Below, one piece after another: positions 55,364 through 64,000 of a stretch of 64,000 bases of DNA; positions within the stretch are counted from its first letter, which is position 1; every line of letters starts with the position of its first letter. The notes under the pieces are model-generated. The model was not told where the DNA came from and did no database searches. It saw nothing but the letters and a program-made list of their open reading frames with translations. Source of the DNA: an uncultured Gemmatimonadaceae bacterium (GTDB taxonomy: Bacteria; Gemmatimonadota; Gemmatimonadetes; Gemmatimonadales; Gemmatimonadaceae); NCBI GenBank assembly GCA_963716745.1, contig OY970320.1, positions 864,001 through 928,000 of the forward strand, read 5' to 3'. A program made the translations under genes and the position numbers.

Positions 55364-57292
55364 TCAGGTCCTTTCGATCCTGAAATACGCCGCGTATCTC
55401 TCCCCGAACACATTCACCAGCGGCACGAACGTCATCGGCGTCCCCTGCCCCACCGTGGTGAACTCGAGCGGCTTTCCCGCCACCGGCGAAAGCCAACTCG
55501 CCGGGTCATCGCTCGGCGCTTTGATCGGCGCGGCGTGGATCTCGGGAATGTCCGGATATTCCGGTATCGTGCGCGGCGCCGTGGGTTTCGCGAGAACATT
55601 CTCGGGCGTGAGGTCCTTCTTCCCCATGAGACCCACGAGCACGAGCGGTCCGTACATGATCGCCTGCATCCGGTGATCGTCGGGCATGGGATGCGCGTGC
55701 AGGTGCATGGGCAGCGTCACCTCGAGCGTGTCGCCCGATTTCCATTCGCGATCGACAACGAGCCAACTCGACGGGCCCGCGAACGCGGTGAGCGGTTTGC
55801 CGTTCACTCTCGCGCTTCCGCCGCGCGTCCAGTACGGAACTCGCACGCGCAACGCGAGTCTCACCGGTTTGTCGGCGATCACGGTGAGCGTCGTCGTGTC
55901 CCCGACCGGGAATTTCGTCTCCTGCCGGATCTTCACGCCCTTCGCCGCCCACGTCACTTCGCTCGGCACGAAAAGATTCACCCACACGCCCGAGTCGTCG
56001 TGGAAGTACACGCTGTCGCCGAGCTTCGAGAAATTCTCGACGCCCGTGCCCTGGCAACACCAGAATCCCTGCTCCGGCGTGCCGAATAGTTTCCAGTATC
56101 CGTCGGCGAGCGGCGTGTAGTAGATCTTCTCGCCATTCGCGGGATCCATGGTCGGCATGATCCCGTTCCAGTACGCGCGCTCGTAATAATCCGCATAGCG
56201 CACGTCGGGGCGCCACGTGAACAGGTGCCGCGTGAGCTTCAGCATGTTGTACGAGACGCACGTCTCCTGCGTGTAGCCGCTGAGCGCGCCCGCGAGCTGG
56301 CCGGGCTCGAATTGCCACTCCTCGCCGTTGCTCGTTCCGCCGGTGGCGTACGCGCGGCGCTCGGTCACATCCTCCCAGAAGAACTCACTCATCCCGCGCG
56401 GACGGTCGTCGCCCGTCATCTCGTGCCATCGCGCGGCGCCGAGCACTTTGGGGACGTTCGTGTTCGCGTGCACCGATTTGAGTTCATCGCGCCCAACGGC
56501 CAGCGGCGCTAGGAACGTCTCCTGATCGAAGCGGCTCGCGATCTTCGCATACTTCGCGTCGCCCGTCGCCTGCGCGAGCTCGCGCAGCGCATCATTCATG
56601 CCGCCGTATTCCGTGTTGAGCAGCGCGTGCCACTGCGTGTCCGGAATGGGTTCGGCGTACGCGATCACCCAATCGCCCATCCCTCTCGCCATCGCGAGCG
56701 CCTGCGCGTTGCCGCCCAGCGTGTACGTGTCGACGAGTCCGGCCAGGATCTTGTGATACGTATAGAACGGCGCCCAAACGCGCCGGCGCTCGGCGAGGCG
56801 CTCGAAATATTCTTTCGGGAACGCGCTCAGATACCCGCCGCCGAGCGCGGCTTGGCAGGGCGCGAGCTGCGCGACGATCAGATCGCCGCGCGCTTTGATC
56901 GTGGCGTCGCCCGTCTGCGCCGCCATGAGCGCACACGCGCTCATGTAGTGACCCACGAAGTGACCGCGCAGTTCGTTGTTGGGCGCTTCCCACCCGCCAT
57001 ACGGTTTCGCATCGCTCGCGATGCCGGCATTCACGCGGAACACGTGGAGCAGCCGGTCGGGATCGAGCGCGAGCATGTACTTGCGATTGATCTCCAGCGC
57101 GGTGAGCTGCGGCCCCGGAAGCAATCGCACGTCGTGCAGATCGAACGGCAGCGCCGCGAATGTGATCGGCGCCGCGGCGAACTCGCGGGCAAGACGGGAG
57201 AGGCGCGCGAGATGCGACTCGGCGCTCTGGAGCACCGGAAGCGCCGCACCCGCGATCGCGGCCTTTTCGAAGAATTCTCGACGATTGATCAT
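55364..57292 (-). CDS. GH127/GH146 beta-L-arabinofuranosidase-like protein, Tat-exported
   Basis: NRREFF, YGGWE, LRGHFVGHY, WAPFYTYHK, EYGGMN, HANT, ETCVSYNMLKL, WCCQGTG. Confidence 0.9.
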   Translation of the reverse strand: MINRREFFEKAAIAGAALPVLQSAESHLARLSRLAREFAAAPITFAALPFDLHDVRLLPGPQLTALEINRKYMLALDPDRLLHVFRVNAGIASDAKPYGGWEAPNNELRGHFVGHYMSACALMAAQTGDATIKARGDLIVAQLAPCQAALGGGYLSAFPKEYFERLAERRRVWAPFYTYHKILAGLVDTYTLGGNAQALAMARGMGDWVIAYAEPIPDTQWHALLNTEYGGMNDALRELAQATGDAKYAKIASRFDQETFLAPLAVGRDELKSVHANTNVPKVLGAARWHEMTGDDRPRGMSEFFWEDVTERRAYATGGTSNGEEWQFEPGQLAGALSGYTQETCVSYNMLKLTRHLFTWRPDVRYADYYERAYWNGIMPTMDPANGEKIYYTPLADGYWKLFGTPEQGFWCCQGTGVENFSKLGDSVYFHDDSGVWVNLFVPSEVTWAAKGVKIRQETKFPVGDTTTLTVIADKPVRLALRVRVPYWTRGGSARVNGKPLTAFAGPSSWLVVDREWKSGDTLEVTLPMHLHAHPMPDDHRMQAIMYGPLVLVGLMGKKDLTPENVLAKPTAPRTIPEYPDIPEIHAAPIKAPSDDPASWLSPVAGKPLEFTTVGQGTPMTFVPLVNVFGERYAAYFRIERT

Positions 57293-57341
57293 GACATTCG
57301 ATTTGCGTGAGCGGATGAGTATTTGCAAGGGGGGAGAACGG

Positions 57342-57458
57342 CCGGGAACCGATTACCGGGAACCGGTGATGCATGACAAAGCATGGCATCACGACATCGC
57401 GCGAGTCGTGATGCCATGCGTAGTCATGCCACACCGGTTCCCGGTAACCGGTTCCCGG
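57342..57458. repeat. Family A palindrome
   Basis: Full copy. Confidence 0.95.
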
Positions 57459-57538
57459 TCGTTCTGCTCTCGCGCTTCCTGGCCCTCTCAACTAAATATT
57501 CACGTTGTCAGTGGTCTCTCAACTGGGGGCCTAATGTC

Positions 57539-58960
57539 ATGATGATCTCTCGTCGAACTGTGATCCTGGGCGGCCTGGTCCTGTTGGCCGAACGCTACAT
57601 CTCGTGGCCTCTTCGAGGTAACGCGCCCGACGAAGAGTCGACCCTGAACGATGCGGTCGATGCCTATCTGTACGGCTATCCTCTGCTCGTCATGGACACG
57701 ATGCGCCGGCAGCTCACCAACGTTCCTTCCGCTGAGCCAGCTCGTGCGCCCATGGGCCAACTGCGCCGGCTGAGGACCTACCCGGCGGTGAACGACCATT
57801 CCGTTCCGGCGCCCAATGCCGACACTCTTTACACCGACGCGTGGCTCGACCTCCGCAAGGAGCCGATGGTCCTGTCCGTGCCGGACATGGGCGATCGCTA
57901 CTTCATGCTGCCCATGCTGAGCGGCTGGACGAATGTCTTTCATGTGCCCGGCACCAGGACCACGGGCGAAAAATCGCAGACGTACGTGATCTCGGGTCCC
58001 GATTGGTCCGGCGCGCTTCCCGCAGGTGCCATCGAGTACAAATCGCCGACTTCGATCGTTTGGATGCTCGGCCGCATCTATTGCACCGCCACGCCCGAGG
58101 ACTACGCCGCCGTCCACGCGCTGCAAGACAAGATGTCGCTGGTGCCGTTAAGCCAATTCGGCAAAGCGTACACGCCTCCGGTGTCTCCCGTGGATCCCGC
58201 GATCGATATGCGCACGTTGCCGCGCGACCAGGTGAACGCGCTCGGCGTCGACGAGTATTTCAAATATCTGGCGGAGTTGATGAAGACCAATCCGCCGCTG
58301 CCGCAGGACGGGCCGATGATCGCACGCATGGCGAGCATCGGGCTGACGCCCGGGCGCGACTTCGATCCGGCCCCGCTGCGTGCGCTCGGTGCGAGTGCCA
58401 TCAGCGACATCCCGAAGATGGCCATGCAGCGCATGCTGGCGCGTTTCGGACAACTGCAGCATGCGAACGTCAACGGGTGGATCTTCTTCGGCCCGAGCAT
58501 CGCGAGCTGGGGCACCGACTACGAACTGCGGGCCCTGTGCAACTTCTTGGGACCGGGGTGGAATCTCCCCGCCGACGCCGCGTATCCCGCCACCGAGAGG
58601 GGCACCGACGGCAAAGAGTATGATGGCAACGGCAAGTACGTGCTCCGCTTCAAGCGGGGCGAGATGCCGCCGGTGAACGCGTTCTGGTCACTGACCATGT
58701 ACGACAGCGATCGCTTCTTTGTGCCCAACGCGCTGAACCGTTACACCATCAGCCAGCGCGATGAACTCGTCGCCAACGCTGATGGCTCAACGGACATTTA
58801 TCTGCAGGCCGATTCGCCCGGCAAGGACCGAGAGGCCAACTGGCTTCCGGCGCCGAAAGGGAAATTCAGCGTCATGCTGCGATTGTACTGGCCGAAGGAT
58901 AAACCGGTTTCGATCCTGAACGGCACGTGGACGCCGCCGAAGGTGGAAGCGGCGGGCTGA
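57539..58960 (+). CDS. DUF1254/DUF1214 domain protein
   Basis: AYLYGYPL, PNADTLY, EPMVLSVPD, PPVNAFWSLTMY, NWLPAP, LRLYWP. Confidence 0.9.
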   Translation: MMISRRTVILGGLVLLAERYISWPLRGNAPDEESTLNDAVDAYLYGYPLLVMDTMRRQLTNVPSAEPARAPMGQLRRLRTYPAVNDHSVPAPNADTLYTDAWLDLRKEPMVLSVPDMGDRYFMLPMLSGWTNVFHVPGTRTTGEKSQTYVISGPDWSGALPAGAIEYKSPTSIVWMLGRIYCTATPEDYAAVHALQDKMSLVPLSQFGKAYTPPVSPVDPAIDMRTLPRDQVNALGVDEYFKYLAELMKTNPPLPQDGPMIARMASIGLTPGRDFDPAPLRALGASAISDIPKMAMQRMLARFGQLQHANVNGWIFFGPSIASWGTDYELRALCNFLGPGWNLPADAAYPATERGTDGKEYDGNGKYVLRFKRGEMPPVNAFWSLTMYDSDRFFVPNALNRYTISQRDELVANADGSTDIYLQADSPGKDREANWLPAPKGKFSVMLRLYWPKDKPVSILNGTWTPPKVEAAG

Positions 58961-58975
58961 CTGCGAGGCACACGG

Positions 58976-59092
58976 CCGGGAACCGGTTGCCGGGAACCGG
59001 TGATGCATGACAAAGCATTGCATCACGACATCGCGCGAGTTGTGATGCCATGCGTAGTCATGCCACACCGGTTCCCGGTAACCGGTTCCCGG
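58976..59092. repeat. Family A palindrome
   Basis: Full copy, nearly identical to 57342-57458. Confidence 0.95.
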
Positions 59093-59102
59093 TAGTTCGC
59101 CT

Positions 59103-61764
59103 CTAAGGCTGCGGCAAGAAGATCGCTCTGGCTCCTTCAGTCTTCATCCCGCCCGCGATGATCACGCGCTCCCCCTCGATCTTGCCGGCCGAAACCAGAT
59201 AATCGAGACAAGCCTTCGCCCGCGCACTGGCCAGTGCGTGCAAGTCGCCCGCCTTCTTGTCCGCGGTCGAGTCCACCGATCCCGCGATCTGGATCTTGAG
59301 CCCCGGATGTTCGTGCATCTCCTTCGCGATCGCGTCCGAGCTTCTTCTTGTCAGCGTCCGTCAGAGCGCGTGGGCTCCGTGCGCGAACTCGACATACGTG
59401 AGATCCTCGTCGCCTCCTCCCTTGCTCAGTCCCAGCAGCGCGAACGGCGACGTCGCGATGCGAATGATCAGGCTCTTGAATTGGTCGTAGACCACTTGCT
59501 CGAGGCGGAAGCTCGGATCGTCCAGATTCCCTTCCACCGGGACCTCGAGCACGATGCGCCCCGACCGGTCGCGCATCACGGTGAACGCGGTCTTCACCGG
59601 GAGCTTGGTGGCGTCGGGGCTGTTCGTCGCATGCGCCCCACTCGAAGCCATTCATCGTGATCTTCGTGTGCGACGTGAGGCGGCGATCGGCCACTCTGTA
59701 CGTGATCGCGAGGCTCAACTTTCCCGCGGCGATCCCGTACCCCACGTGCTTCCCGAAGTACGGGCCGAGCGGCACCATGTCCATCCCCTGCATTCCAACG
59801 GTGAGCTCGCTCCCTTCGCGTTGGTTCAGGAGATTGATGCGCCCTTTCACCGTGAGTGGCGCCGCGTTGTTCACCGCCGCCGTCACTTCGAGCGTGCCCA
59901 CGCCGATCGAGTCGGTGGAGAGTTTTCCGGTGGTGACGTTCAACTTGTTGACGGTCACGGAGAACGGCGGCTTGATCGAACTGTCCGCGACGCCCACGCG
60001 GCCGTTCGTGAGGTTCAGTCCGCCAATGGATATGTGCATCTTCGGCGCGGCGTGCGCCGCGGAGTCCGGCTTGGCGGGAGCGGGCGCACTGTCGGTCGGG
60101 AAGATCAGGCTCGTGCTCGGCGAACCATTCGCGAGCAGCGCGATCTCGACATCCGGCGCATCGAGCGCGATCGCCGCGATGCCGAGTTGGGATTTCCGCT
60201 GCGAGAAATCGATCCCCTTCACGCTGAGCGACGCGAAGGAGACGAACGGACCTTTGACCACCGCGTCCGTCGTCGCGAATTTGTCGACGCGCACATCGCC
60301 GGTGAACACAATGTCCGGCTTCTTCGCGTCCGAAACGTCCATGCGCAGCTTTGCTGTGGCACTCAGCGCGCCATCGCTGATGAGGAGCATCACGCGCGGC
60401 GCGAGATACGCATCGAAGGGCGCGAGTGACATCTTCGACAGAGTGATCGCGAGCTCGCCGCGCTTCTGCCAGATGTTCACCGCGCCCTGGGCACCGAGCG
60501 TGCCGGTGCCCTGCCAGGTGAGCGCGGCGCGGATGCGAGTCGCGGCCGCCGTGTCGCTCGCAATGCCATCCGCCTGCACTGAGAGCCCGGTGATCGCGAA
60601 CTTCGCCGGCCGGCCGGCGGCGGAATCGGTGACGCTCACCGCGAAGCTGTCGAGGGAAACGCGTGACACCGACCAATTCCACGCGGGCGCCGGCTTCGCC
60701 GCTGCCGCCGGCGCGGGAGCGGCCTTCGAGTCGCTCGCAGCCAATTTGCTCAGATTCAGCGTGCCGTTCGCACCGCGCACGACGCTCACTCCACCGCCCC
60801 GCAGATCCACCGCGCTCACGTACGCCGAGTGTTGCAGCGGATCTACGTCGAATGCCAGAGATCTCGAGGCGCCGCAACAGGACAACGCTGTCGGCCATGC
60901 CCGCGGATCATGAGCGCGAGCCGGTCGAGTCGAAGCGTTCCCTCCGTGACGCGAACGATCTCCCGCTTCGGCGTAAGGTCCACCGTGTACTTGGCGCGCA
61001 CGGCGCCGAGTCCGTTCGCGACGTCGAAGCCCACCGCGTTCTCATAGAAAGTCGCCGTACTTGGCGAGCCGAATGCTGTCGAAGGAGAATTCTCCGGTGG
61101 AGCGCACGGGATCGATGGCGAAGCTGCCGGCCAGCGAGAATTTCTCGCCACTCTCGGTGCGCCCGGCGAAGGAGTACTGGTTGTGACTGTCGCTGCGCGT
61201 GGCGAAGTCGCGCAGGTCGATGAACCCGGGCCCGACCGTCGTCGCGAACGGACGCGTTGCCGAGCTGTCGACGAAGGCGACGTGCGCGTCCTCAATGTGC
61301 AGTACGGTTATCGCGAGCACCGGCGGAGGCTTCGGGTTCGGCGGCTCGGGCTCCTTCGGCGCGGCGTTCAGTGAGTCGATGATGTCCGAGATGTTCATCC
61401 GGCCATCCGCGCGGATCGCGATGCGCGCGTACGGTCCCACCAAGCGCACTTCGGCGAAGGTGAATTCGCGCTTGAAAAGCGAAACGAGCTGGAAGTTGAT
61501 GTAGAAGCGGTCGAACGAGAGGAGCGTCGTCGTGTCCCGGTCGGCGACGCGCAGACTGTCCACCGTGAGGGAGAGCGCGAAGGGATTCACGCGCACGCGC
61601 GCGACGGTGACCGTGCGGTGGAGCGTGGCACTGGCCTGCTTCACGAGAATGCCTCTCACGATCCCCGGCGCGACGAAGAAACCGGCGATCGCGTACAGGG
61701 CCAGGAGCACGGCGAGAACAATGAGCACAATGCGCGGCCAGCGGCGCGGTCTTACCTGTGGCAT
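59103..61764 (-). CDS. DUF748 domain protein with OmpA-like C-terminus (multiple frameshifts)
   Basis: N-terminal TM, RVNPFALSL, RADGRMNISD, PYFGKHVGY, LPVK..DRSGRIVLEVPVEGNLDDP, LASARA. Confidence 0.75.
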
Positions 61765-61811
61765 ATGCCCAAAGTATGAAGGGCGCGGCGGTCGCGCTAT
61801 ACGACAAACGG

Positions 61812-61929
61812 CCGGGAACCGGTTACCGGGAACCGGTGTGGCATGAACACACATGACATCAGGACTTCGCGCACTGTCGTGATGCCATGCGTTGTCATGC
61901 CACACCGGTTCCCGGTAATCGGTTCCCGG
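61812..61929. repeat. Family A palindrome
   Basis: Full copy. Confidence 0.95.
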
Positions 61930-62007
61930 CCCTTGCCGTTACCACAGCGCGCGGCCGTTCACGCGCGTATAGTGTAAGAGCTTCAGCGACAAACCCCAGG
62001 AGAATCC

Positions 62008-62898
62008 ATGATGCCGATCCCCCGCCTCGCGCTGATCGCCGCCCTCGCTGCCGCGCTCGCCGCGTGCGGCAGCACCTCCTCCACGGGGCCAGGCAGCAAC
62101 TTCACCGTCATCGGCGACAGCGCAGTCACCATCGGGCCGCCCGGGGGGAGTCTGACCTACGCCGCCGGCATCAACGATTCGGGAACAGTGGTCGGCGTCG
62201 TGGTGGATGATGTCACGAGCATCCAGTATGGCTGGCTGCTCAAGGGTGGCTTCCTGCAATATCTCACGGCCACCATCCCGAGCTCCGCCAACACCACGCC
62301 GCAGACGATCAACGATAGCGGCAACGTGGCAGGGTTCTTCACGGTCGGCACCGTCGCTCACGCCTTCCTCTTCAATGGCACCGCGTACTCCCAGTTCGAT
62401 TATCCAGCCGCGGCGTCGACGGAGGCCGACGGGATGAACGCGTCCGGCACCATCGTGGGCGCCTACTTCGTGAGCGGGTCCGCGAACGGGCACGCCTTCA
62501 AGTTGAGTGGGGGCACCTTCACCAACATCGAGCCGCCGTCCGTCACCTCGTCGGTGGCACTGGGGATCAATGCGCTGGGCGACGTCGTCGGCGAGTTCAC
62601 CGACAACGCCGGCCAGCATGGGTATGTCTGGCTGCACGGCGCGACTGCCCCCACCGAGATCACGCAGAGCGGCGTCGACCAGATCACGCCCTACTCGATA
62701 AACGATACCGGCACGATCGTCGGAAGCTGCACGGTGTCGGGAGTATCGTACGGGTTCCTCCTCGCGGGCACCACATTCAAGATCATCCAGGCGCCGAGCG
62801 CCTCGTCCACGCAGGCGTACGGCATCAACAATGCCGGGGTGGTGGTGGGAGAGTACACGAACTCGGTGAATTACGCGTTCGAGCTGACGACGCAGTAA
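62008..62898 (+). CDS. Lipoprotein with HAF-type extracellular repeats
   Basis: Lipobox LAAC; repeats A.GINDSG.VVG....HAFL. Confidence 0.82.
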   Translation: MMPIPRLALIAALAAALAACGSTSSTGPGSNFTVIGDSAVTIGPPGGSLTYAAGINDSGTVVGVVVDDVTSIQYGWLLKGGFLQYLTATIPSSANTTPQTINDSGNVAGFFTVGTVAHAFLFNGTAYSQFDYPAAASTEADGMNASGTIVGAYFVSGSANGHAFKLSGGTFTNIEPPSVTSSVALGINALGDVVGEFTDNAGQHGYVWLHGATAPTEITQSGVDQITPYSINDTGTIVGSCTVSGVSYGFLLAGTTFKIIQAPSASSTQAYGINNAGVVVGEYTNSVNYAFELTTQ

Positions 62899-62907
62899 CT
62901 ACAACGG

Positions 62908-63025
62908 CCGGGAACCGGTTACCGGGAACCGGTGTGGCATGAACACGCATGACATCACGACATCGCGCAATGTCGTAATGGAATGTGTTGTCATGCATCA
63001 CCGGTTCCCGGTAACCGGTTCCCGG
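62908..63025. repeat. Family A palindrome
   Basis: Full copy. Confidence 0.95.
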
Positions 63026-64000
63026 TAGTTTCCTCGGCCCGCGCCACCAACTCTCCCAGCCTCGCAAGCCCCGCCCCCACATTCTCCTTGAACCGCTGGG
63101 AGGCCGCCTGCACCGCCGGATCCTCGGCCCTCGCGCGTATCCCACGGAATGGATTGAGTCTCGCCGTCTCGAGCCACGCTTGGATGTCGGGTTCCTTCGA
63201 CATCGCGCGATCGGCCCTCGCCTGGATGAGCGTCGAACGCGCCCAGTCGAGCCGCGAATGAAATAGCGGATTCGGCGGGCAGAGCCGGTTCTTCTCGATC
63301 GTATCGTCGCGGTGCGCCTCCACGAATCCGACCAGCGCCCCGTTGAACGTCGGGAGTCCCGCCCGCACCGGTTGCAGCGTGATCCGGTCATTCGCGAAGA
63401 TCGGCACCGCGGGCGGCCGCCGGAGTCCGTCGGCGGCGCAATGCACGTGGAGATGCGTTGGCTTCGTTGGCACTTCGCCGCGCTCGAGCACAATGCGGTT
63501 CCGCTCGATGCGCGTCACGTGGCCGAGCCGCACGACGTTCGTGATGCCGCGCAGCAGCTCGAGTTCCCAGTCGGCGATCGTCGCCGACTTGTACATCGTG
63601 GCCGGCACGCTCTTGTCCACCCGGCGGAACTGATCGCGCGCCCTCGAGGCGCACGAACAGATCCTCCTCACTCTCGGCGTGCGCGGCCGCTTCCATTTGC
63701 GACGCGACGCCATCGAGCAGCGTGCCGACGAGTTCTCCAGCTTGTGAGAAGCGGCGGTTACGGATCCAGGAGTCGCGCGGCTTGATCCACTGGATGCGAT
63801 CCGCGCTCACGCCCTGCTCGAGCAGCCAGACGCACGCGTCCATCGCCGTCTTGCCGCCGCCGATGATGACGAATCGCTCCGGTTGACTCGCGAGGTTGGC
63901 GATCGCGTTCACGGGCACGCACGCGACTCCGTCGGCGACGTCGAACGGAGGCGGAGAATTCGCGGGGATCGAGGGGGAGAGATACGTCGCGTTCACGATT
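62991..64000 (-). CDS. FAD/NAD(P)-binding oxidoreductase, 5' truncated by the window edge, frameshift ~63640
   Basis: FVIIGGGKTAMDACVWLL, WIKPRDSW, HVHCAADG, EKNRLCPP. Confidence 0.75.

Noticed and set aside
55238..55364. TA target-site duplication around family A (MITE signature)
   Set aside because: TA is part of the palindromic AACTA/TAGTT extension and is not present on both sides of most copies
41940..63025. Canonical integron
   Set aside because: No intI or attI is visible, genes lie in both orientations, and some blocks are operons; kept only as an analogy
97..64000. Mass pseudogenisation or programmed frameshifting (about 15 split genes, including pgm)
   Set aside because: Scattered single-base indels in GC runs with otherwise intact motifs and no in-frame stops are typical of unpolished long-read assembly; needs a read check

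Overview
High-GC bacterial DNA. The gene content (paired Hanks-type Ser/Thr kinases with PD40 propellers, BNR/sortilin-like proteins, DUF5916, an NdvB-like glucan synthase) resembles Gemmatimonadota; this is inference. About 43 genes are present, and about 15 have 1-bp frameshifts that look like long-read assembly errors. The most striking structure is intergenic. (1) At least 16 copies of a ~117-bp imperfect palindrome (family A, CCGGGAACCGRTTRCCGGGAACCGGT...ACCGGTTCCCGGNAAYCGGTTCCCGG) are present; from 41.9 to 63 kb they separate blocks of 1-3 genes in a cassette-like array. Copies show compensatory changes, a conserved asymmetric bulge and mostly AAC...GTT ends next to stop codons, and neighbouring copies share private variants. 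(2) At least five other palindromic repeat families occur, some as chimeras. No integrase, transposase or cas gene is visible in the window. A second candidate system is an ECF sigma / ZAS membrane anti-sigma / lipoprotein TPR-CHAT (caspase-like) protease operon divergent from three secreted proteins of unknown function (17.0-24.0 kb). All product calls come from motif recognition by eye, not database searches.
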